Assembly (NCBI GenBank): GCA_000165425.1
Contig: CT868074.1
Coordinates: 496,001-560,000, forward strand
Origin: Paramecium tetraurelia
Taxonomy: Eukaryota
Reading direction: 5' to 3'
DNA: 64,000 bases
This document shows, piece after piece, positions 28,362 through 40,804 of the stretch. The position numbers were made by a program, and so were the translations under genes. How positions within the stretch are numbered: the first letter of the stretch is position 1; every line of letters starts with the position of its first letter. A model generated the notes under the pieces. That model was given only the letters and a program-made list of their open reading frames with translations. It was not told the DNA's origin and searched no databases.

Positions 28362-29907
28362 TCAAGGAAATAATCTACTTGAATCTCTTGGAAACAAACT
28401 TGCGTTTCTAATATTTTTTAAATCAAAGTATAAATATAGGAATCTTTCTAAACCAAATGCACATCCTCCATGAGGATAGGATCCATACCTTTAGATATAG
28501 AATAATACTTCACCTGAAGGAATTAATGTAGTCTTTTAATAGTTGAGCATCTTATCCTATTCCTTTTAGTTAATTATTTAAATGTTCTGGATCATGAATT
28601 CTTTAATGGCCTGATGCTATTTCTTCTCCTCTCAAAAAGAATTTGTAAGATAAATTAAAATTAGGATCCACTTTACAAGGCATAATACAGGAATTTTAAT
28701 TTTCTCTTGGTAATCTATTCAGAATGAAAAAGTCAGTTCCATATTTCTCTTTTACTATCTTTCCTAATTACTTTTAATTTGTAATGCAAAAATAATATTA
28801 AGGACTTTAAACAATACCAACTTCTTGAAGTAATTTTATTGCATCAAAATATGTTAATTTGATAATAGGGTAACAAATCTTAATAGGTTAAAACTAAAAC
28901 TACTTTGCGATGATTTAAATTTCTTAATCAAACTTTTTCTCAATTCCCTTCAATATAAATAAACATAATTCTTCTGTCAGATCTAGCAATTCAGTATAAT
29001 TTTCTTTGATAACCATTTCTAAATCCATACATATAAATTCACACAATTCTCTATGAGTGTTACCATGAAGTGCCCGAAATGCTGGGGATACTTCAAAAAC
29101 TCTTTCAAAATCAGCCATCAGACACATTTATTTATATTTACAAGATGATTAGGATAAAAATGCTTGATAATTAAAGTACTATAATTTAAATTTGCAATAG
29201 TTATTTTTTGTATTAAATCCTAATAGTTTTGGAGTATGAATTTCAATAAACCCCTTTTCTATTAAAAATTATCTAAAAAGCAAAGCTATTCCTGATTTTA
29301 CTCGAAAAATGGCCTATTTTGCAGGAGTTCTTAAGTCAAGAACTCTATTATTTAATCTTTAATTTTGAGATATTTGATAATCTTGAATTTAGATTAACTG
29401 CTGTTGATCTTCATTCTACTTTTACTATTATAAATTAGGATAATAATCAATAATTTTTCTTGAAGCTTCTTCAATTTGAAATGGCAATTTAGTAATTGAT
29501 CTACTTATCACTCTAATAGTTTATATATGTAATTCAACTTATTAAGTACAATCCTTGATCTTAAAATTTGTTTATAAAACAACAGCTTCTATGTCAACTA
29601 CAGATTCCAAATTGATTCCTCCTGTGTATTTAATCATTTGCGAACCTATTTGTTCTCCTTTTGTTAAAACAGCTTAGATTGTATACCAATTTTCTCTGAG
29701 AACTAAAAAAGCAATTTTTCCTTTCATTCTAGAATTGTGAATCCTAGCTCTGAGTAAGATAGTTTTTCCAATTGTTGATTCATTGATTTGACTTACTTTC
29801 ATCCATTATCGATTTGTTTTCTAAGACTATTATATTAATGAAACATCCCCATATCTATCTCCGTCATTAATGTCTTACTATTTCTCATTCAATTACTAAT
29901 TAATCAT
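28362..29907 (-). CDS. Aspartyl-tRNA synthetase-like protein (eukaryotic cytosolic type, divergent active site)
   Basis: OB anticodon domain (RARIHNSRMKGKIAFLVLRE), RLNNRVLDLRT, EIHTPK, YKQMCLMADFERVFEV, RGEEIASG.QRIHDP, FGLER, FPRD. One 25-nt intron near 28489-28513. Confidence 0.9.
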
Positions 29908-30535
29908 TTAATTATTAGATCTCTTGAAATCTTTTAAAATAATTCTTTTATATAGTATAAGGACTTATTAAAATTATTGATTTATAAATTGTTGATACTA
30001 AATTAATTGTAATAAAATAGCAACCAATCCATTTCCATATTGAATGTCCTCCTAACATTATATAAGTAATAAAATTATTAAATAAATCCAATATCAAGAA
30101 CATTTGATAGTAGTAAATAATAATTTAATATTATGAAATTCGTATACAAAAAGCAAATCGTAAAACCAAATAGATAAGCTGTTTAAATTGCTTTGGAAAA
30201 TTTGCATTTATTGAATTATTCTAACTTTTACAAAATCACCCCAATCCACATTCATTTCCTAAATCAATAATTGACTTGAATTGACCTATATTCTAATGTG
30301 AGAACAATAATAGCTATGAAACGCAGCATAAAATTATTTCCAAATAAAAGTTATGAATAAGTTAAGAATCAGTTTAAAATTCACTATATTCATTATTATT
30401 ATTATTAGAGTTCCAGTTTTTTTAAAGATAATTAAGTTTCATAACCTTTAATCAAACACTTAATTTTTCTTTGTTATATCATTGATAGATTGGATATTTC
30501 ATTTTATAATTATTAATATAATTTATTTATAGTAA

Positions 30536-31170
30536 TCATAATTGGGAAGCCAGTTTTGGTGACTTTTGCAAGAACTATTATTATAATTTCTTTCTTTATT
30601 CTTGAAGTTGTCTGCTTTTTTGTTCTAATTGGCTTATTTTAAATTCAGACTGTATCAATTATTCTTGTAAATTTTGATATTAAGTTACTAACTTGTCGTT
30701 TGAGCATTCGTTATTCTCTTTTTCTCTTTAATTATGCAAAGGAGTTGAAAAACCAGTATCAGTTTGAATTCTATTTGATTAATTATATTGATTATTGGCT
30801 AAGCTCTACCTCTGTTAAGATAAAACATTTGGAGTAAGTGTCCTTGATTACACAACCTAATGCTTTGTTGGAGTTTAATTTAAACGTTAATTATATGGAA
30901 TTTTTTGTGGGGTCAGTGCTGCATTTTGGGGTTATTAAGAATATTTTATCACATTAGGACTTACTGAAACTTTGTTTGTGATTAATCTTATTGGAGAGAC
31001 ATTTGAAATTTACTAATCAATGTTCTATGACACTCTTCTCGTAGATTGCAATTAACTCGATTTATCTAATGGAATAATGATCGACTATTAATTCTATACT
31101 GGCATTCTAATTGCAGGTTATATTATTCTCTAAATACAAATCCTTATCATACCTAAGTATATTAAAACAT
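30536..31170 (-). CDS. Low-complexity Q/S/P-rich protein with C-terminal coiled coil
   Basis: Open in code 6 after a 23-nt intron following MFQYTQ; TGA at 30536-30538. Confidence 0.6.
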
Positions 31171-31415
31171 TTTTCAATATTCCAATTAACAGATAAATAA
31201 TTAAAAATATTTATGTATATTTTTAATTAATTACAGGCATAAGTTAGATTGAAATAATAGTGTTATTTATGCAAATAGCATTTATTCTTATGTGAAAATA
31301 ATGAATTTCTATCTAATGATAGTTATATATCATTAAACATTTTTAGAAGATTAATATTTATAAAATGAATAAAAAAATGTAATAAATATATATAACCAAA
31401 ATTGATTCACAAATT

Positions 31416-32603
31416 TCATTGATTGATAGAAGTTTTTTATTTTTAATTTAGATTTCGGCGTGCGCTTCCACTTCTACTTCTAGGTTGAGTTTATAGGGTT
31501 TCTAAAATTAGACAATAATATATTACGTTAAATAGTTTTTTGATGGAATTAAGAATTTTAAGAATTCTTCTTAGATGCATTGTAACTAAATAAGTTACCT
31601 TTCTTATCTTTAATAATTATTTATTATTGAATAGTGTCATTAATTGAGGATATCGAATTATGTTTGCCATGAAATGATTTTTAATATTCTTGTTGTTATT
31701 ACATTAACAATTACAATTATTATTACTGTTAATGATTTTATCCATATTGAAGGATATTAAAGTAATTTTATTTCAAAGAACCTTAAGATTAAGTAGGATA
31801 ATCTGTGCTTTCTTAAAGCTAACTACTTAATTTGTGTTCTGAATATGAACTAGTTTTATTGGTTTCCTTACTATTAGGCTTCTTTTGTATTAGTGCTTTA
31901 ATCTATTAGCTATTCTTATTATGCTTCTAAACTTCTTGATCTCTTTGATCATATTCAATTGTCTTTTTGTATACTTCATTTTCGTATTCTTATATTCGTT
32001 GCTTATAGTAAGCGATATCAGATTACAATTTAGTGTTTTCCTCGTAATAATTTTAGTTTTCCCTTTTGAGATTCTAATGGAAAATATTCACAGATGTTTT
32101 ACATTCATAATTTTCTTGGTGGTTTCCAGAAGCTCATTTCTCGTAGATTCACTCTCATCCAATTTGGCTTGGATTGATTCTGCGTACAATTTTAATTGTT
32201 ATTCTAGCTATTTTGAAGATAACAATTTATGTATACTCTAATATGATTTCTGATTTCGCCCTCATATTTAATCACAGTTTACTCCAATTTTTCGTATTCT
32301 TCCTCAGTTCTTAAACTTCTCAAGGAGGCATTTGGATCTACATCTTTCTCTAACTTTCTTAAATCATAAAATTGTTTACTTGACTTTTTTGTCAATTTTT
32401 AACATGAGATTGGTGAAAACTACCTTAATTATATTGACTAGTTGGGGTAGATTCTCATAATCTTTCAATTCTTTCTCAATTTCATTGAGATCATTTTTGG
32501 TTTCAATGTACTTTTCCAATTAAATTAAAATTCTCTCCAATAAATCCTTGAGGGAAGACTCCATTTCTCGATCGGAATATGAAATCAAACTAGTTTCACT
32601 CAT
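31416..32603 (-). CDS. Coiled-coil protein of unknown function
   Basis: MSETSLISYSDREMESSLKDLLERILIQLEKY...YEKLEQTVIKYEGEIRNHIR...LEQQLKLYAESIQAKL. Several tiny introns. Confidence 0.7.
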
Positions 32604-32874
32604 TAACAGTTTATTAATTATATTAAATACTTTTCATATATTTTGATTACATAATCAAATTTAAGATAAAGAAAAGGTATCAAATTACACTAACTTATTT
32701 TATTTCTTTATTTCTCAAAGGCAAAAAAACTGAAGTATATTTTATATAAATAAATTGATAAAATTACAGTTACACAATTACTCCACCCTTTGATTCTAAA
32801 ATGATGAAATTAGATAGGGATACACCAGTTTATAATTGTATTTAAGTTGAATACATTAAATTAATCAATAAATA

Positions 32875-34165
32875 ATGAAACATATTTCATAAAATTCATA
32901 GAATTAGTAACTAGTCACAAAGACCTACAATGACATCCCATTCACCATTTACAACCGCTATTAAGGAATTAAATTATTGGGAGCTGGATCATATGGAACA
33001 GTGTTGTTAGCTTTGGATACCCAGACCAACACCAAAGTTGCAATTAAAAAATTAAATCCATTAGAGGATATCATAGATGCCAGAAGAATGTTGAGAGAAA
33101 TAAGAATATTGAGAGCTATGACTCATCCCAATATAGTTGCAATCAAAGCAGCCATCTATGATAACGTATCATAAGAAAGCGATTATTTTGGCACTGTCTA
33201 TTTAGTGCAAGAATATTTTTAGGCTGATCTTCACAGAGTTCTTAAAAATCCAAAAGACCTCACTGATGATCATGTACAATTCATCATGTATTATATCACA
33301 TCCTATTTGAGGTATCAATTAACCAAGGCAGTGGCCTATTTGCATTCAGCATCCATCCTACATAGAGACATTAAACCATCCAATATCTTAGCCAAAGATG
33401 ATTGCTCTATAAGTTTATGTGATTTCGGTCTCTCCAGATAAATCGAAGAATACGAAGAAGAAGATAATAAAAAATCATAAAATTTCACAGAATATGTTGT
33501 CACAAGTATAAACAATCTAAAATCTTACTATAGGATACTACAGAGCACCAGAAATTATGGTTTCTTCTCAATAATACTCATTTCCTATTGACATATGGTC
33601 ATTGGGCTGCACTTTCGCTGAAATATTAAATGAAGGAAAAGTAAATTATTATACAAAAACTATCAGGTCCTCTTCAAAGGCAAAACTTATGTTTAAATGG
33701 TTAAGATGATCTTTGAAACACTCGGTAAGCCTGTCTAGGAAGACCTGGATTAATTCATTAAAAACAAAAACGCTATGGAATTTGTTCAATCTCTGCCAAG
33801 TGTTCCACCATAATCAATCAAAAAGATAATTGATTATCCCAATCCCCTAGCTATAGATTTATTGGATAAGATGCTTGTAATCAACCCTCACAAAAGAATC
33901 ACAGCTCATGAAGTATGATATATCATTAAATCAGGCTTTAAACCATCCTTATTTTAAGGAGATAAGAGAAAAGACTGAAGAAGCGCCTTATAAAGGGTAG
34001 ACTGACTTTACATTTGAAAATGATGACACAATTAGTTTTGAACAGATGAGAATTATGATCCTCGAAGAATTGAATAAATTAAGTGAAAAGATAGATATTC
34101 ATGATGAAATGGAAAGATTAAAACAACTTAAAGAAAAAAGGAGAGCCTAAAAGCATAAAAAGTGA
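32875..34165 (+). CDS. Mitogen-activated protein kinase (TEY activation motif)
   Basis: [48 protein letters not shown]. Four tiny introns. Confidence 0.95.
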
Positions 34166-34207
34166 TGATTGTGTTATTATTCATTATAATATTATAAGGC
34201 AAGCATG

Positions 34208-37200
34208 TCAAATTAATTATTAATTTACAAAAAAGCTCCTTGTATAACGGAGAAAGTTGTCGTCGCATACTATAGATCCTAAAGGCACCGAATATATAAA
34301 CTTTAACAATAATTCATATTTTGTGTATTCAAATTTGTAAGTAAAGTTCAGTAATACCAATCCATATAACACACCAAACACCAAAAAAATTATAATAAAC
34401 ATCTATTTAAAATATGTTGAAACTTTACATTATAAAAAAAAATAAGGTACAAACATTACTCTTACATGAGTTCGTAAAAACTCTCTATTAGATATTAAAA
34501 TGCTTAACTGATTATAATAATGCCCTCTAATTCTTATATTGGAAATAAAGTTCTATTTGTAAAATTTGTTGATTCAAACTCTGATCTAAAGGTATTCTTG
34601 ATATTTATTATGGTTGAAGTCAATCCTTTTTGTAAATTGCCAAAAAGGGAGCTGTTACATACTGTTGAATTTTGGTTAATTTCCTAATTATTATTATTAA
34701 TTTATACATCCAAGTAATTGCAAAGATTCCCTTCACTGAATTTACTGAAAAGCGGATTAAAATCCTTATCAATAATATAAGAATTAGATTAATAATTCCA
34801 TAAATTAGTAACGTAATCCTCCAACTCGTTGATACCTTATTCACAATTGTTATGATATTAATCTATGTCTGTTTAAGTGAAAAAAGTAAAGGTTTATTTA
34901 TAATACAAGACTTCTCTTGATGAATACATAACTAAAATATTGGTATTCAATCTCGTAAGTGATTAATAAAATTCGGCAGCATTCCGAATTTCATTATATG
35001 CATATCCCAACTCTATTTATAATCCTATGTATATTGCCAATAGGATTAAAAAATGAGATATAATAAGCAAGTATGATTTAATATTGAAAAAGTCTATTGG
35101 TAATATTACTTTTTTCTTTTTTTAACTAGATTTGGAAATCAACAATTTTAAATTTTAAAAATATGTGTCTTTATCTTAAAAATTAAATTGATATTGTAGA
35201 ATTTAAGTGAAGTCTCGCATAATTAACTCCTTAAGATTATGTAATCTCTGAATGTCTGAAATAATATAAGTGTGTTCTTAATTAAATAATAGTATTTTTA
35301 ATTCTTCTTTTTATAAACAATACGAATAATGAGAAATTGAGATCAATATTTGCATGATACTCATTAAGAGTAGAGTGTATATCATAATATTTAATAATTA
35401 ACTTTGATAATACTGAGAGTCTGATTAAAGTGAAAGTAAGGCCCCTGTATCAACTTTCTCAAAAGTTTATAATAGCAAATTAAAGTTTTTATAGACATAA
35501 AAAAAATAAGGACTCTTTGAATCAGCCGTTCCTCCATTACTATAGACGACTTTAGAATCATATTAATAATTTAATAAGGTGACTAAACTGTTTCTTAAAT
35601 TTAATTCCTCTTAAATCCCCTTATTTCCATACTCTAAGAATTCCAATTACAAAGAGATTCTAGAGTAATGTGTGAAAAATAATTATTGTTCTAATAAATC
35701 TGAGATTTCTTATTTTAGTTTATCGTAGCTTTCTAAAATTTTGGAATTAGGATATTCTAAATACTCTGACCACTACTTTTTTGTAATTAAATTAATGTAT
35801 AATTCAACATTGTAATTAATTATCGAAAATCTAATTAGAGTAGAAGTTGATATTGGATAAAAGATACTGTTTTTAAAACTAAGTAATTTGAAATCACTTA
35901 AAAGAAGATCAAAATTGCTAACCACTTAAAGATGCTAAAATATACATAATATTTTACTAATATAAATCCAATAATTGATATAATTAAGTAAAGCAATCTC
36001 TAAATTGTTTTTCTTAAGAAAATCTTTGGTGATTTTCTACAAGTTGATAAATTATAAACCAATGAAAATTACCTGTGATACTATGACTTTTAGACAGCTG
36101 ATAAAGATGATTATCTTGAAGCAGCCTCAGATTTCTATTTGTTTTCATATAATTTTTAGACAGTTTTTTAATCTCCCTCTTGGCTTAAAATATAATGTTC
36201 CTCATCTATCTTTGGAGTAAACAAGATATCATTTTATTAGAAATTATTATTGAGAATTTCATCTTATGTTATTCTCTCTGGCTTATTATTATTTTATTAA
36301 CTAATTAACTTATTGTGGATAAATTTTGAATTAAAATCAAAATGTTTGTTGGTATTAATTAATTCATCAAATCCATGAGAAGCATTTTATTGCTGTTAAT
36401 TTTCTATTCCAATCTCATCACTTTTGTTGATTTTTTTGATATTAGACAAATTTAGTTAATAAATAACAGTCCCCAATATCATTTATCTTTCCATTACTTC
36501 GAGATCGCATTTATATAAAATCATCTCCATCTTTGTGAGTAATGAATTCTCTTAATTTCTTTAACTCTAGTGGTTTAACTTCCTTTAATCGAAGAAACGA
36601 AAAAACTATGAGAAGTGCTTCTCATTGAATTTAATAGAAGCGAAATTTTCAAAAAGTACACTGATATCAATGCCATTTAACTATTTAGCAAATCTTGTAT
36701 CGATGTCAAATATTTTGCAAAATAGTTCTTCCTCTATATTAACAATTTATTTATTTTCATCTAAAAAGATACTGTAAGTACTTTCATTTTGTTTTTGAAA
36801 GAACAAAATCATTTCTATTGATTATAAATTTAATTGGCTTAAATCCATAATTAATTCTATTCTCTTGCATAGACCTGATGAATATTCAATGTAAGCTTAG
36901 TTAAGTTATTAAAAGAATTTATTCTCCATACCTGAGATAAACTTCTCAATTAAAGGGGAGTGGATTAATTTCATATAATTGGGTATCATTTAATCAAAGC
37001 TTAATTAAACTAATTCTGTTTATTAATCTTATTAATTATACTTATGCTTAATTATCTAAATATTATCTAAATCTTAAATAGCTACAGTCATATAGGACAA
37101 TTGATTTTAAAAATTCGAGTGAATTGTTTTTATTACATATTCATCCTCGGTATTCTAAGGAGAAACGATGGACTAAGCAGAGATTAAATCATTTAATACT

Positions 37201-38941
37201 TCCATGTAATAAAACCTTAGAATATTAGAATATCTTTGGGCTTAAATTTAGAATAATATTTACTTTGAGTTGATTAAAACGAAGCTTTGATTATTTTTAA
37301 TCCTTCCATCTATGTTTATATTGATTTTAATGCAATTTACTCTAAGTTTTTTGATTGATGTTTCTGATTTAAACATTGAAAAAATTCAATTTTTGTATCT
37401 ATGACATTTGATAGGCTCTATTTAATAAATTCGTTTTATTTTGTAATCTTTAAATATTCTTAAATACTAAGGTGATTCTACAAAGAATCAACCTTTAATG
37501 CTGCTTTTTATCTTTGAAACTGATTTTATATATCAAGCCTTTGAAGATCTTAAGCAACTTTTAAAATAAGAAGCTTGCTTAATGAGTTGATTTTAATAGT
37601 AGGTCTATTGGTTTCCAATTTCAGATTTTCTTATGACTTCGTTGTTGTTTCAAATATTATTCTAAAATAACGATAAACTAGAAGGTATTTCTTTTAAAAG
37701 AATAGCAATTATAGATAACTGAAAATTAATGATTCTGAAACGACTCTTTAAGATAATTGTTATTAATATTTGAATAACAGTTCCTTAAAGAATACTTCAT
37801 ATGAGACAGCTTAAAATTGTTTCTCTTAGAGTCTTAATCTGCACTTACATTTACAATCTTTGCAGATTACAGAATGTTTCTATAGAAACATTAAAAATAT
37901 CATATCTGATTGAAAAATTTATCTGCCTTCACTCATGCCATATATTATTTAAAATACAATGTGATTGCAATTTTTAAGGTTGACCGATAAGAAATTGATG
38001 AAATTGTTAATTAGATCTCTTTTTATATAATAAACAAAAACCCTATAAGGTATAATCGATAGCAGAATCCACAACGATTTAAATTGATAGTTAATAAAAA
38101 TTAGTTGAAACAAACACTGAAAACTTATCACCAAAGTCATAATGGTTATTATCAAAATTATTTAAAAATAAACTCCATAAATTAACAATTTCTGAATTTA
38201 GATTTAGTAGATCAACAAAATCGCTGATATCATTGGCAATAGTATCTGAAAATAATCAAGGTATATACTGCGTTATTCCGAAAAATACAAAATAATCATT
38301 TAAAAGAGTTTTATAAGTATTCTAATATACGTTAGTATGGAATCATTGATCGACAAATGTTCTCTTTTAAAATCTAAAGCCCAATTATAAGTGAACATAT
38401 ATGTTAAAAAAACAAGAGTTATTAGTATAGTAATTATATTTATTACATTTAATGCTATCTGAAAATCATCATCGAAGTTTGCTTTGATATTTTATAAACA
38501 TATTTCGATTGCCATAATTCCGAAACCATATTTTATCAAATTAATTGATATGTTTATGTATTTCATTAGTATCTTCTAACTAATATTTTTATTAAATGCT
38601 TATGATAATTTAATAAACGTATCAGCGGATCTAATTTTCATCATATAAATGAATATAAAGCAACATATGAAAAAAATACATAAATAGCCAGTTATTATAT
38701 AGGAGAGAATGGCATTCCGAGTTAAATAAGTATTAGGTCTTGAAATCGCTCTTAAAATATTATTTTCAGATGAACTGCTGAAAACCTGTTGTGTTGTTTA
38801 TACAGTAATGTAGGAAATATTTTGCATTTCATTTATTGCTCCTAAGGCATATAATATGATGATAGGCATATTCCAAATGAATTGTTCGAAAATTAATGAC
38901 CCTTGAACAAAATGTGATATTTAATTAGTAAATGAATTCAT
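34208..38941 (-). CDS. Large multi-pass membrane protein, TmcB/PAS-like ciliate family
   Basis: About 4.7 kb largely open in code 6. N-terminal TM cluster, helical region, a MIPNYMKLIHSPLIEKF segment resembling the PAS-like core of this family, and C-terminal TM segments. Confidence 0.6.
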
Positions 38942-39842
38942 TTAATCTTTATTAATAAAATTTGAGAATTTTTATTATAATTTTAAGCTTGAATTAAAAT
39001 AAAATAATAATGGCTAGTTATATTATTTCATAATATTTATAAGAAAACAACTAAATGATCAATACTTAATTCGTAACAACAATTTTTATGCTGTTAATTT
39101 TTCAGTAGTTATATTCTTAATACTTATGGATTTTTTATCATAATTTCTATGTTTCTAATTTGTAAGCCATTTTCTTTAAGGTTTCAAAGAACTCTCCTTT
39201 AATCTTAAAAAATTACTCTATTTTTATAATATATAAATGTAGACAACATCAAAATATTATTATTTTATTTCAGAATCTGTATAAAATGCATGAATCAAAT
39301 TTTATTTATCTAAGCTTGAGAAATCTTCCAGAAGTTTATTCAGTTTGGTGTATGGTTTATTGGTAATCGGTAATTAGTTATCCAGACAGGTATTTAAATA
39401 TTAAATTGCCATTATTAATGCTTTATTTAAATTTAAAGTTATGAGACTTTTTTATAGTTGTAACCACATTTAATAAGATTAAGAATTTTAATTTTATAGA
39501 ATTAAATAATAATTTTAGAGGAATTTAAAAGTGGAGTTTTTAGGGATAAAATATCTTGTTCTAAATTTAGAAACTCATTTCCTATTATTATTTCAATTTG
39601 TCTTCAATGAATACAATGTTAAGTTGATAATTTTAATCCTATTAAAGATATCTTTAGCCCACTGTTCATTAAGGATTTGCTGCTCTATCAACTCAATTTT
39701 AATTTCAAGGAGTAAAATATTATGTCCATACAGGTTAGAGAGACAATCTATTTCAATTAATAGATAGTTCAAATAAATTAGTTTGAAATTGGTTGCTTAA
39801 TGCTATAGTCGTTTAACCATTTTACTATTAAAATATTATAAA

Positions 39843-40781
39843 ATGGGTGCATGTTCAGGAGTATGCTAATAACAGGCAAAAACTATAGTAAATGAATCAG
39901 CAATAGTTACAGAAACAATCATATAGGCATTATAGGAGGATACTACAATAAGCAGACCAATATAGAGGGAAGAGAGATACTTAAAAATGGAAACAGGTGC
40001 AATATATGAAGGAGATCTAGTTAAAGGAATTCGAAGTGGTAGGGGAAGATAAGTATGGCCAGATGGTATTAATATGACAATTTAGGTTCTTATTATGAGG
40101 GGGATTTTGTGAATGATATGGCTGATGGAAAGGGAATATTGGTAAATGCTGAAGGAAGTGTTTATGACGGGGAATGGTTGGAAGATAAAGCAAGCGGTTT
40201 TGGGAAGTACCATAGCCATGATGGGTTATACTATGAAGGACAATGGTTGGAGGACAAATAGCATGGTATTGGAAAGGAGATCAATTAAAGAAGTTCTTAG
40301 ATAAATTAAATTGTTAGATGAATGCTATGAGGGCGAGTTCTTTAGAGGAGCTAAATAGGGGTTTGGGAAGCTGAGTTTAAATGATGAAGAATTTTATGAG
40401 GGCGAATTTTAAAGTGGGATGATGCATGGTAAAGGTAAGAAATTGAAATAGTAATATAGAATAGGAACTTATACTTGGAGGAGCAAAAAATCTTATACGG
40501 GAGAATGGAAAGAGGGACGGATGGATGGATTTGGGATAATGAAATGGGAGGATGGAAGATATTATGAAGGGGAATTTTAGAAGGGGAAATAACATGGAGA
40601 GGGTACATTTGTTTGGAAGGGGAAGAAGTATGTAGGAGCATGGATAAATGGATATTAGGAGGGGGAAGGAACTTATTATAATGAGTAAGGGGAGAGTAGA
40701 GTTGGTATTTGGAAGAATGGGAAGAGATAAGAATGGTTGGATTATTTAAGTAGCAGCAATAGTATTGAATAAACATTTTGA
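39843..40781 (+). CDS. MORN-repeat protein with predicted N-terminal acylation (MGACSGVC)
   Basis: Repeated YEGE/DW..G..HG.G units. Gly2 plus Cys4 and Cys8. Tiny introns. Confidence 0.9.
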
Positions 40782-40804
40782 ATTTATATTTATTATTAAA
40801 TATT

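Noticed and set aside
29920..30393. Hydrophobic minus-strand ORF upstream of the AspRS-like gene
   Set aside because: Early TGA and no recognisable domain; cannot be supported.
39050..39825. Possible minus-strand gene between the TmcB-like and MORN genes
   Set aside because: I could not build a consistent frame or intron model (internal TGAs) and found no recognisable motif. It may be a pseudogene.
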